DNA from: an uncultured Parachlamydiaceae bacterium | Lineage (GTDB): Bacteria > Chlamydiota > Chlamydiia > Chlamydiales > Parachlamydiaceae | Reading direction: 5' to 3' | Length of the DNA: 64,000 nucleotides | Assembly (NCBI GenBank): GCA_963752155.1 | Contig: CAVVXH010000010.1 | Span: 320,001 to 384,000, forward strand | Part shown: piece by piece, positions 23,665 through 32,717 of the stretch | How the letters are laid out: each line of letters opens with the position of its first letter | Position numbering within the stretch: the stretch's first letter is position 1 | The notes under the pieces: model-generated | Databases searched by the model: none | Seen by the model: only the letters and a program-made list of their open reading frames with translations | What the model was told of the DNA's origin: nothing | Translations under genes and position numbers: made by a program

Positions 23665-23699
23665 GTTTAAATCCTTTTCAATCTGTTTTTATTACTGCA

Positions 23700-23862
23700 A
23701 ATAGCTAAGAACTTGCGCAAATTTTAGCTCATCATTCCGATGTTGAGTGTAGCCACGTAGCCTCTAAATAGTCCAAACCACTGTGAGAAGATGATTTTTT
23801 ATAGATTTTCTATAACTTAACGAACAATTTTTGCGCAATTTCTTAGCTATTTCGATTTCACA
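23700..23862. mobile_element. Palindromic element, family B copy; supplies the hicB stop codon
   Basis: ATAGCTAAGAACTTGCGCAA...TAGCTCATCATTCCGATGTTGAGTGTA...TTGCGCAATTTCTTAGCTATTTCGATTTCACA, near-identical to segments of 13746-13933. Confidence 0.7.
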
Positions 23863-24239
23863 TAATGTGGATGTGGTCTTTGTGCTAGACCTTCAGCAAT
23901 ATAAGTAAGTACGAGTTGATTTATGCTTACTCCTTCTTCTTTAGCTCGATGCTCAAGTCTCAAGTGCATGCTTTTCGGTACTCGTTGAGATAATCTTCCT
24001 TTATAATGTTCAATAATAGACGAAGATCCTGGAGCAGGAATAGTTTCTCCGTCTTCATACGCCGTTTGCAACCAACAGTAGGCTGCATCACGGCCATTTT
24101 CACGTGCTTCTTCCACTGTTGCACCATCCGAATAACATCCAGGAAGATCAGGATATTCGAGGAAAAATCCTCCTCCCTCGTTTTTTGATAAAGGTCGAAT
24201 GGTATAAGGATAATCATTTACATTATATTTCATATCCAT
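23847..24239 (-). CDS. hicB: HicB family antitoxin
   Basis: YPYTIRPLSKNEGGGFFLEYPDLPGCYSDGATVEEA, then RHH-like RVPKSMHLRL...EGVSINQ. Confidence 0.92.
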   Translation of the reverse strand: MDMKYNVNDYPYTIRPLSKNEGGGFFLEYPDLPGCYSDGATVEEARENGRDAAYCWLQTAYEDGETIPAPGSSSIIEHYKGRLSQRVPKSMHLRLEHRAKEEGVSINQLVLTYIAEGLAQRPHPHYVKSK

Positions 24240-24468
24240 GTTCCTCCAAAAATTCCAACAATAATTCAATATAAATAGGTTTTATTGGTCGTCTTGCTGG
24301 AATGATAATTGATTTCCCACTATGGAGGTGTTTTAATTTTATATGACTGCTGCCTCCTTTAGGAGAACGTAAAAATAGACCAAAATGGTAGACTATCACT
24401 TCTATGTCGTGAATTTTCTAGTCGTTTTTGGAATTTTGACGCATTTTTTCGATCGAGCTCATAAACAT
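24223..24468 (-). pseudogene. hicA: HicA family toxin with in-frame TAG at codon 17
   Basis: Manual translation MFMSSIEKMRQNSKND*KIHDIEVIVYHFGLFLRSPKGGSSHIKLKHLHSGKSIIIPARRPIKPIYIELLLEFLEEHGYEI; has GxSH and IP..RPIKPxY motifs and overlaps the hicB start. Confidence 0.8.
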
Positions 24469-24513
24469 ATAATGTCATATGTGGCATTATTTGTCAACTT
24501 TCCGGCAGCTTCT

Positions 24514-24868
24514 AAAAACGATAAAAACGATAAAAACGATAAGAACGATAAGAACGATAAGAACGATAAAAACGATAAGAACGATAAAAATGATAAAAAG
24601 GATAAAAAACGATAAATTGTGGAATAGCAGTACTTTACAGATTTCTTAAAGATTTCTTCTAGACTAGTCGAAAAGTCTCCTCATTGCTCTGCAGTCTTTT
24701 CCATTCCAATTTCCTAAGCCGGAAATTTACTAACAAACCGAAAAACAACAGTTCAGAATGGCGCCCGTTCTTCATGATAATTTTTTCTTGTCTTCTTCCA
24801 TCGTTTTTATCGTTTTTATCGTTCTTATCGTTTTTATCGTTCTTATCGTTTTTATCGTTGTATCGTTT
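24514..24868. repeat. Head-to-head 9-bp tandem arrays (AA[A/G]AACGAT)n ... (ATCGTT[T/C]TT)n
   Basis: About 11 units at 24514-24613 and about 7 inverted units at 24800-24868. Confidence 0.95.
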
Positions 24869-25072
24869 GCATCTTTGATTACGTCTACATAAAAACATGT
24901 CCAGGCAGCATTGTTAATTTTACACCATGCTTTAGCTGTAGTGTAGAAGTTGTTTCTTGTCAAAACTTTATAAGGGAAACGTCCTGTATAGTTAGCTGTT
25001 CAACTCTCATTTTTTGTGGAGGGTCTATGGGCTTCACTCGGTGGTGGATGTGGTCTTTGAGCTAGACTTTCT

Positions 25073-25549
25073 TCAATAGTAATGATCGAGTTTACGCTTG
25101 CTTTCACGGTCAAGATTCTCAACATCCGGAATTAAATAACGCTTGTTGTTACAATCGATAACTACCAAACGATTATGACCAAGGGGCTGGATATTTTCAT
25201 CCGTTTCTACATCAAATTTCATTGGGCCATAATCGGTTGTCACACTCCATTCATGTATATTTGTAAGGCGTGTAATGCTATGGATTTCTTGGATAATCGG
25301 GACAAAATGGTGCTGTCTTAATGTCGCCATAAGCAATTCATAAGAAGCTTTGTTAAGCTTTTTCGGATCTTCTATGCAGATAATCTCACGTCCATCTTCG
25401 GAAAAAAGAGAGATCCACTGATCAGTTCTAGTTAGAGGGAAAAGCCACACTGGATAGACATTTTCATGGGCCATCCCGTTTGCTTCGATGAGAATGAGCT
25501 GACTCTTGTCGTTCAGCATAAATCTAATATCTTGAGGTAAAAGAGTCAT
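25073..25549 (-). CDS. DUF1854 domain protein
   Basis: V.PV..FPLT....ISL....G.EI..I, FVPII..I..I, W.V.TD.G...F, D....RYLIPD...LD..S...L pattern; overlaps the upstream ABC gene by 4 nt. Confidence 0.8.
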   Translation of the reverse strand: MTLLPQDIRFMLNDKSQLILIEANGMAHENVYPVWLFPLTRTDQWISLFSEDGREIICIEDPKKLNKASYELLMATLRQHHFVPIIQEIHSITRLTNIHEWSVTTDYGPMKFDVETDENIQPLGHNRLVVIDCNNKRYLIPDVENLDRESKRKLDHYY

Positions 25550-27339
25550 ATGTAAACCGACTCCAACATTGCTCGATGTAATCGTGTATAGGTTCCATTT
25601 CTTTTAAGCAACTCTTCGTGGCTTCCCATTTCTTTAATTTGCCCTTCCTCCATGACAATGAGGCGATGTGCTCGTCGTAGTGTGCCTAAACGGTGCGCTA
25701 TAGCAATTGTAGTCCGTCCTTTAACGAGATGGTCTATGGCCTCTTGGATTTCATGTTCTGTTTCACTGTCCACTGAAGAGGTTGCTTCGTCCAAAATCAA
25801 AATCGCCGGATCGATGAGCAAAGCACGAGCAATACTGATCCGTTGTCGTTCCCCGCCGGAAAGTTGCTGACCTCGTTCTCCGACGAGCGAATCGTAGGCA
25901 TCAGGCAGTTGCATAATAAAATCATGTGCCCTCGCAGCGCGTGCAGCCTTGACAATCTCAGAACGCGTGGCAGCGGGATTTCCGTAGGCGATGTTATCTG
26001 CAATAGATCCATAAAACAAAAAGGGATCTTGAAGGACAAGTCCGATGTTTTGACGATAACATTTAAGGTCCACCTCTTTTAAATTGATCCCATCGACGAA
26101 GATGGCTCCTTCATTGACTTCATAAAAACGACAGGCAAGATTTATCAGCGTCGTTTTACCGGCTCCGCTGGGACCGACCAAACCGACCATTTCTCCAGGT
26201 TCGATGTTTAAGTTGATCCCTCGAATGATTTCACGTGAACCATATCGGAATTTGACATCTTGAAATTCAATTTTTCCTGTTAGACGTCCGATTTTTATGG
26301 CATGGGGATGTGTCGATTCGTCCTGTTTGACATCTAACACATCGAAGATTCGATGTGTGCTCGTGGCAGCACGTTGCATAAATGCAGTAAAGCGTCCAAC
26401 TGAATCCATGCGATGATATAGACTGTTGATATAAAGTACAAAGCCTGTCAACACTCCCACGGAGATCTCTTGTTTTGCAATGCTCCAGGCTCCGGCCATC
26501 CAGACAGTCAGAAGGCCGAAGTCGGTAAGCAATTTAATTAAGGGTGTGAAAAATGACCACGTCATGTTAACACGATCGTTTGACTTAAAGAGATGTTTGT
26601 CGACAGCTTTGAATCTTTCGATTTCATGTGATTCTTGTGCAAATGCTTTGACGACGCGTATACCTGGAATCGTATCTGTCAACACGCTCATAAGCTGACT
26701 GACGGCGCGACTTGCAGCAGCAAAGCCTCCGCGTAAACGATCGCGCACATGCTTAACCAAGAAAGCCACAATCGGAATGGGAATCAAGGCAATTGTCGCT
26801 AAAAAAGGATTGATCGTAAAAAGAATGAAGGCTGTGAAAGTGAATTGTAGAATGTCGCAAAAAAAGTCGATAAAATTGACAGAAAGAAAATAGGAAATGC
26901 GTTCTGTATCGGCGCCAATGCGTGAAATGAGATCCCCAGTACGTTTTTTGTTAAAGTAGGCCAAGGAAAGACCTTGCAAATGTTCAAAGGTATCACGTCG
27001 CATTTTGCTGGTAACTTTTTCAGCAACACGTGCGACGATAAATGTCTTTCCCCAATCTAGTGCCCATGCCAAAATAGCTGCTAAAGAGAGTTGAAGGGCA
27101 TAAGGATAGATGTCTCGGATGTTGACATGCGTAGAATGGTTTTGCAAAGGGATAAGTACTTTGTCTACTAAAGACATTGTTAGCCACGGCGAAATCAGCT
27201 GAGCCCCAGTGCTAGCCATCGTGAGGATTAATCCAAGAAATAACAAGCCATACCACGGACGTGCAAACTTCAAAAGACGAAATAATGGTTTACTTGATGT
27301 CAGATGTTTTCGTAATTTCTTCACTTCTGCACCAAACAC
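25546..27339 (-). CDS. ABC exporter, fused permease and ATPase
   Basis: TM domain, GPSGAGKT, LSGGERQR, ILILDEATS, IAHRL. Confidence 0.95.
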   Translation of the reverse strand: MFGAEVKKLRKHLTSSKPLFRLLKFARPWYGLLFLGLILTMASTGAQLISPWLTMSLVDKVLIPLQNHSTHVNIRDIYPYALQLSLAAILAWALDWGKTFIVARVAEKVTSKMRRDTFEHLQGLSLAYFNKKRTGDLISRIGADTERISYFLSVNFIDFFCDILQFTFTAFILFTINPFLATIALIPIPIVAFLVKHVRDRLRGGFAAASRAVSQLMSVLTDTIPGIRVVKAFAQESHEIERFKAVDKHLFKSNDRVNMTWSFFTPLIKLLTDFGLLTVWMAGAWSIAKQEISVGVLTGFVLYINSLYHRMDSVGRFTAFMQRAATSTHRIFDVLDVKQDESTHPHAIKIGRLTGKIEFQDVKFRYGSREIIRGINLNIEPGEMVGLVGPSGAGKTTLINLACRFYEVNEGAIFVDGINLKEVDLKCYRQNIGLVLQDPFLFYGSIADNIAYGNPAATRSEIVKAARAARAHDFIMQLPDAYDSLVGERGQQLSGGERQRISIARALLIDPAILILDEATSSVDSETEHEIQEAIDHLVKGRTTIAIAHRLGTLRRAHRLIVMEEGQIKEMGSHEELLKRNGTYTRLHRAMLESVYI

Positions 27340-27400
27340 ATGATTGTCAAAAACAAGTAAAACAGCAAGGGCTAAAGATCTGTTGTCTCATTTATTGAAA

Positions 27401-27495
27401 AACAGCAATTCCCTCTAAAAATTAAAGAGTAGCTGACTGCGGACTGTTGACAGTCCTCGCTCAGCTATTCTTTATTTTTAGCGGGAATTGCTGTT
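27401..27495. repeat. Nested hairpin element, family E (may also act as terminator)
   Basis: AACAGCAATTCCCTCTAAAA ... TTTTTAGCGGGAATTGCTGTT enclosing the stem TAGCTGA-GGACTGT/ACAGTCC-TCAGCTA. Confidence 0.7.
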
Positions 27496-27507
27496 TAATT
27501 GAAAGTT

Positions 27508-28989
27508 TTAAATTGCTTTTCGTGGGTTATTGTGATTTTTGAAACTTTGGCCTCTAGAAGTAGATCCACTAGCATAGACTTTGCTGCCAGAGCCATAGCT
27601 TTTTCTATCAGAGTTGTTCCCATGACGGCTACGAGGGCTGGGATTATCGTAATTTTTGCTTTCCGAGCTTCTGCTTTCGGAACTATTATTATTAGATCTA
27701 GTGCTAAAGCTTCCGCTGGTTCCGTAACTTCTCCCTTCGGAGCTATTGCCGGAACTTTGAGAACCTCGATATCCTCTTGAAGATCCGTAGGATGAAGAGC
27801 CACGGTTGCGTGAACTGTTACTTCCATTTCCTGATGGTGGACGTCGTTTGGGTTCGAGTCCTGGAATCTGATGAGCTTCCAGTTTTTGACCGGTAAATTG
27901 CTCAATACGTCTTACAAGCATAGCATCACGACCTGCAGCGAATGAGAGAGCTATCCCTTTTCCTCCTGCTCGACCTGTACGTCCAATTCGATGGACATAG
28001 TCTTCAGCGCAATTGGGAAGATCAAAATTAATGACATGAGAAATTGTCAATACATCGATACCTCTTGCAGCAATATCAGTAGCAATTAATATCCGAATTT
28101 CGCCTCGACGTAGTTGAGAAAGAGTACGTGTACGTTGACGCTGATTCATGTCGCCATGTAATGCGGCTGCATTGTGACCTTGTTCATATAAAGTGTCTAC
28201 AAGTTGATCGGCATTAATTTTTGTTGAAGTAAAAATGATTGCTTGGTTGATGGATGGGTCACTGAGCAAGTGATCTAAAAGACGATGTTTATGAGAAATA
28301 TCATCTACATAATGCAAGCGTTGTTCTATATTGTCGTTTTTTTCAGTAGCATGGGCAATAGTGATTTCCACAGGGTTATTGAGTAATGATTTTGATAATT
28401 CAAGAACTTCACCTTTTAAGGTCGCAGAAAATAATAAAGTCTGACGCTTAGTTGGAAGGGCTGCGGCAATTTGTTTAACAGGTTCAATAAAGCCCATGTC
28501 TAGCATCCGATCCGCTTCGTCGAGAATGAGCATCTCAATACGACGGAAGTCAATACGTCCACGGTCAAGCAAATCAATTAAGCGACCTGGTGTTGCAACT
28601 AAAATTTCAAAGGGACGGCTTAATTCTTTGTTTTGGAGTCCGTAGGGTGTTCCACCATAAATACAAACAGTACGCATCCGAGGCAAATTACGGCTATATT
28701 TTTTGGCTTCATTAGCTACCTGCATCGCAAGTTCGCGTGTTGGAACCAAAATAAGCACGCGGGGGCCATAACCTTTAATTTCAGACGGTGCTGCTAAAAG
28801 ATTAAGCGTAGGAAGGAGGAATGCTCCTGTTTTACCGGTTCCGGTTTGTGCAGATGCAAGGAGATCTCTTCCCGCAGAGATCATCGGAATGGCCTCAGCT
28901 TGAATCGGAGTTGGCTCCGTATAACCGCAATCTGAAATGGCATCTAAAATTGCTTGATGTAGATTCAAATCTTTAAAACTTGTTGTCAT
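27508..28989 (-). CDS. DEAD-box RNA helicase (RhlE-like)
   Basis: Q motif, AQTGTGKT, PTRELA, TPGR, DEAD, SAT, HRIGRTGR; S/R/G-rich tail. Confidence 0.95.
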   Translation of the reverse strand: MTTSFKDLNLHQAILDAISDCGYTEPTPIQAEAIPMISAGRDLLASAQTGTGKTGAFLLPTLNLLAAPSEIKGYGPRVLILVPTRELAMQVANEAKKYSRNLPRMRTVCIYGGTPYGLQNKELSRPFEILVATPGRLIDLLDRGRIDFRRIEMLILDEADRMLDMGFIEPVKQIAAALPTKRQTLLFSATLKGEVLELSKSLLNNPVEITIAHATEKNDNIEQRLHYVDDISHKHRLLDHLLSDPSINQAIIFTSTKINADQLVDTLYEQGHNAAALHGDMNQRQRTRTLSQLRRGEIRILIATDIAARGIDVLTISHVINFDLPNCAEDYVHRIGRTGRAGGKGIALSFAAGRDAMLVRRIEQFTGQKLEAHQIPGLEPKRRPPSGNGSNSSRNRGSSSYGSSRGYRGSQSSGNSSEGRSYGTSGSFSTRSNNNSSESRSSESKNYDNPSPRSRHGNNSDRKSYGSGSKVYASGSTSRGQSFKNHNNPRKAI

Positions 28990-29189
28990 TATTTCACTTT
29001 TGTTGGAGTTTAAATATTCAGTGTATCATATGCATTAAATAAAAGCTAATTGTTTTTAGACATTGATTTTTTCTTATGACTCCGTAGCAAAATTCTATAG
29101 ATCTTTTCGCATGAGAAAGGGCAACATACACGACTGAAGGCACAGAATTTTGATACGAAGTTATGTGAAAAGATCTATAATTCAAATTT

Positions 29190-29942
29190 TTAAAAAATTT
29201 CTCCGGAGGTGATTTCGAAGAGGGTTCCATTCGACATAGATAATCTTAGGATTCCTGTTTCACTTATTTCGTAAAACATTCCCTCTAAGAGGGTACCTGA
29301 AGTGTGAAAGCATACAGTTTCTCCTTTCAGATGGCATAATTGTTCTCTATAAGAGTTTAAAAAAGGAGAAAATCCTGACCTGATAAAGAGGTTCAAGTCT
29401 TCTAAAAAAGTTTGAAGGAGTAGCTCTCGAACAATTTGTATATCAACTGTTTTTCCTGTTTCTATTAGAAGAGAAGTAGCAGGACGTTCGAGATGGGTTA
29501 TGAGCCCCGAAGGCATGTTAATATTGAGTCCAATGCCGATGAGCATGTAAAGGCAATTTGAATATTCCGTCGCTTTAGCTTCGGTTAATATGCCTCCAAT
29601 TTTTTTTTTGTTGACGAGTAGATCATTAGGCCATTTAAGTTGACAAGATAGGTTGAGTTTTTGAAGAGTGCTAGCAGCTGAAAGGGCTAAAATTTGGGGT
29701 AAATTTCCGATATCTTTTCTTTGAGAATCGAACATAAAACTGAAAGTGCCGTAAAAATTCAGATTTTTTGGAGAAAACCAATGGTGTCCAAAACGACCTT
29801 TTCCGGAAGTTTGTTCATCGGCAGTCGTCAGTAAGAGCATTCCCTCCTTGAGTCTAGAAACTTGTAAGGATGCCCAATGGTTTGTGGAATCAATGCTTTC
29901 AAAGTGGTCATTGATGACACGTGAAATGGTTTTGGATTGCAT
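29190..29942 (-). CDS. birA: Biotin--[acetyl-CoA carboxylase] ligase (class I, no HTH)
   Basis: IDSTN, QTSGKGRFGHHWFSP, LKWPND, KKIGGIL, IGIGLN. Confidence 0.93.
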   Translation of the reverse strand: MQSKTISRVINDHFESIDSTNHWASLQVSRLKEGMLLLTTADEQTSGKGRFGHHWFSPKNLNFYGTFSFMFDSQRKDIGNLPQILALSAASTLQKLNLSCQLKWPNDLLVNKKKIGGILTEAKATEYSNCLYMLIGIGLNINMPSGLITHLERPATSLLIETGKTVDIQIVRELLLQTFLEDLNLFIRSGFSPFLNSYREQLCHLKGETVCFHTSGTLLEGMFYEISETGILRLSMSNGTLFEITSGEIF

Positions 29943-29962
29943 TTCTAAAGTTTTCCTATTTC

Positions 29963-30023
29963 CAGCAATTCCCGCTAATTTTCGTGCTCGTGGCCGTGTG
30001 CGAAAACTTAGCGGGAATTGCTG
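29963..30023. repeat. Hairpin element, family E
   Basis: CAGCAATTCCCGCTAA-TTTTCG ... CGAAAA-C-TTAGCGGGAATTGCTG. Confidence 0.75.
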
Positions 30024-30142
30024 TGTTATTTTTTTTGTTATGTACATCATTTTATCACATTCTTATAATTGACGTATTCCCATTAGAATGTTTAGAATGC
30101 TTTAGTCTTATTTTTGGATTAAACTTATATGCTCTTTTTTTT

Positions 30143-31282
30143 ATGATTTGGAACCCCAGACTCCTTTTGCGGATGGATTTTAGAGTCGTCCCTTTATTGA
30201 TAGCACTTCTCTGTGTAAGCCTCATTTCCATTTCTGCTTACTCTACGGATGGTTCACCTGAAGGATTGGAAGGGTCTTTTTTCACTCCGGCAGTCAATCG
30301 GCAGATTAAAGGAATCCTTTTAGGAATCACAGCATTTATATTTTTCTCTGGATTTGACTATAATAAACTTCGCGAGTGGACTTGGCTGCTTTATATATTA
30401 ATGCTGATTTTTCTCGTAGGTCTATTCTTTATGGATCCTATCCAACGTGTGTATAGATGGTATAGGCTCCCGCTCATAGGTTTAAATTTTCAGCCTTCAG
30501 AATATGCAAAACTCGTCGTTGTGATAGCCCTTAGCTGGTTTTTGGAAAGGAGATCCACCACGATTCGAAGTGTAAGTACGGCATTTTTTGCGCTTTTAAT
30601 TGTCGTTATTCCCTTTGGATTGATCCTTAAGCAACCCGACCTGGGAACTGCATTAGTTCTTTTTCCCATATCACTGGTGATGTTTTACATCGGAGGTCTC
30701 CATCCATGGGTATTAAGGGCTATGAGTACAGTAGCAATATTAGTTTTAGCATTAATTGCGCTTATTTTTTTAGGTTTTATTTCTCATGAACAGATACGGC
30801 CTCATGCGACTAAAGTTTTGAAGGGATATCAATTTGAAAGATTGAATCCGAATACACATCATCAGAAAGCGGCTGCGACGGCTATTGCAATCGGAGGGAT
30901 TGCAGGTAAGGGATGGCGAAATAGTGAATATGTCTCTGGAGGATGGTTGCCAGAAGCATATACGGATTCTGTGTTTCCAGCTTTTACTGAGGCGTATGGA
31001 TTTGCAGGGGCTCTTTTTGTTCTTATCCTATTTTATGCTTTGCTTTATTTCAGTTTTCAGGTGACAGCTGCAGCCAGCAATCATTTTGGACGTTTACTTT
31101 CTGCTGGAATCACGGTATACTTAGCCATGCACATTTTGGTCAATATTGGTATGATGTGTGGATTATTGCCAATCACGGGGGTTCCACTTGTTTTGGTCTC
31201 TTATGGCGGAACTTCAATTTTATGTACAATGACAGCTCTAGGAATTCTGCAGAGCATCTATAGTCGAAGGTTTATGTTTTAA
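30143..31282 (+). CDS. rodA: SEDS family rod shape-determining protein RodA
   Basis: RW, FQPSE.AK, LKQPDLGTA, LPEAYTD, GLLPITGVPL..SYGGTS motifs. Confidence 0.9.
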   Translation: MIWNPRLLLRMDFRVVPLLIALLCVSLISISAYSTDGSPEGLEGSFFTPAVNRQIKGILLGITAFIFFSGFDYNKLREWTWLLYILMLIFLVGLFFMDPIQRVYRWYRLPLIGLNFQPSEYAKLVVVIALSWFLERRSTTIRSVSTAFFALLIVVIPFGLILKQPDLGTALVLFPISLVMFYIGGLHPWVLRAMSTVAILVLALIALIFLGFISHEQIRPHATKVLKGYQFERLNPNTHHQKAAATAIAIGGIAGKGWRNSEYVSGGWLPEAYTDSVFPAFTEAYGFAGALFVLILFYALLYFSFQVTAAASNHFGRLLSAGITVYLAMHILVNIGMMCGLLPITGVPLVLVSYGGTSILCTMTALGILQSIYSRRFMF

Positions 31283-31734
31283 TGAATCCTCTGAATTTTC
31301 ATTATTTTCTGTTTACACCTGGGCGTTGGGTGGGGGCGGGTCGAATTACGTTTAATAATTCCCCTGAATTAATACGTTTTTATACGCGTTGGATAATTGA
31401 AAAAGATGATCAAGGAAAAATACATTGCAATCAGCTTATTGAAATGCAAGAAACGGGTCAAAAGGTTGAAAATCGTTTTTCTATTTATGAAGTTAACAAC
31501 AATGCCTTCAAGATTAATCTGCAAAACGAGGGGATAAGCTCTGCAACTGGTTTGGGCATTATTGATGCTAAGTCTATAGCATGGGAATTTCATGGAAAAG
31601 GGGAATTGGAGGGGTTTGAAGTTTATGAATTACAGGAAAATGGAGATTATATGTTGCATGCAGAGTATGCTTCGACCTCATTGCTTCGTACGATTGTAGA
31701 TGCACGCATCTGGAGAAAGGATGAAGAACAATAA
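31282..31734 (+). CDS. Conserved hypothetical protein (predicted beta-barrel)
   Basis: 150-aa ORF coupled to the rodA stop (TAATG); GRWVGAG motif. Confidence 0.7.
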   Translation: MNPLNFHYFLFTPGRWVGAGRITFNNSPELIRFYTRWIIEKDDQGKIHCNQLIEMQETGQKVENRFSIYEVNNNAFKINLQNEGISSATGLGIIDAKSIAWEFHGKGELEGFEVYELQENGDYMLHAEYASTSLLRTIVDARIWRKDEEQ

Positions 31735-31795
31735 ATTAAGGTTTGCAATAAAAATCGTCTTTGATATAAAATAGGTTTTCATGATCAGCTTTTTT

Positions 31796-31892
31796 GCCGG
31801 GGACCTCATGGAATAAAGTAGTCCGAACCAGGTCAGAACAGGAATGTAGCAGCCTTAAGGATGGTGCTTTATGCCTCGAGATAATCTCCGGC
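31796..31892 (+). ncRNA. ffs: Signal recognition particle RNA (4.5S)
   Basis: GCCGG...CCGGC terminal stem enclosing the SRP helix-8 motif GGTCAG-AACA-GGAA-TGT-AGCAGCC, followed by a T run; upstream TTGCAA/TATAAA. Confidence 0.88.
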
Positions 31893-31899
31893 TTTTTTC

Positions 31900-32035
31900 T
31901 TAAATAGCCTAAACCACTGCGTGGAAAGCAAATTGTAGCTTAGAACCAAGAGGTTCAAATCTTGAAAGTAGCCTTGCCATTTCTTCCTCCCCCATTTCCG
32001 GATCCCTAAACCACTGCGTGGAATGATATCAGCTA
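31900..32035. repeat. Composite of family B and family C modules
   Basis: 19-bp direct repeat CCTAAACCACTGCGTGGAA (31908-31926, 32005-32023), AAATTGTAGCT, and CCATTTCTTCCTCCCCCATTTCCGGATCC shared with 52314-52668. Confidence 0.65.
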
Positions 32036-32052
32036 AAAAAAAGGATTTATTA

Positions 32053-32628
32053 ATGGTGACAGAAAAAGTACGTTGTTTCGGAAATGGTTTAGGTAAAGAA
32101 TTTTACGCTGAATACCATGATAATGAATGGGGTGTTCCTGTCCATGATGATCGTCATCTCTTTGAGATGCTTATTCTTGAAGGTGCGCAAGCTGGGCTTA
32201 GCTGGGAAACGATTCTTAAAAAACGTGAAGGATATAAGAATGCATTTTATCATTTTGATCCCAAAAAAGTTGCGCAAATGTCTGATGAAGAATTAGAGAA
32301 TTTACGTAATAATTCAGAAATAGTTCGCAACCGATTAAAAATTTATAGCGTCCGTCAAAATGCTCGTGCTTTTTTAGCTATACAGAAAGAATTTGGTTCA
32401 TTCGATAGCTACATCTGGCAATTTGTCGATGGTAAGCCAATCAAAAATACGCAGGCAACTCTAAAAGATCTTCCTACTTCTACATCGACTAGCGATGCAA
32501 TTGCGAAAGATCTAAAAAAAAGAGGGATGAATTTTGTTGGGACAACTATCATTTATTCTTTTATGCTGGCGATTGGGATGGTCAATGGTCATATTGCAAG
32601 TTGCTGGAAGTGCCAGTGCAATAGATAG
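32053..32628 (+). CDS. tag: DNA-3-methyladenine glycosylase I
   Basis: YHDNEWG, LFEMLILEGAQAGLSW, IVRNRLKI, LKKRG..FVG, GMVNGH...C. Confidence 0.95.
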   Translation: MVTEKVRCFGNGLGKEFYAEYHDNEWGVPVHDDRHLFEMLILEGAQAGLSWETILKKREGYKNAFYHFDPKKVAQMSDEELENLRNNSEIVRNRLKIYSVRQNARAFLAIQKEFGSFDSYIWQFVDGKPIKNTQATLKDLPTSTSTSDAIAKDLKKRGMNFVGTTIIYSFMLAIGMVNGHIASCWKCQCNR

Positions 32629-32717
32629 TTCTCGCATTGAAACTATGGAAAGCGATACAATACGTTTTCTAACACTCCTTCAGGAAAATGATGGAGCATG
32701 AAATTAGGATGTGAAAA

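Noticed and set aside
24385..24963. ORFs with (KND)n, (SFL)n or (IKT)n
   Set aside because: Products of the nonamer arrays; they overlap each other and the hicA remnant.
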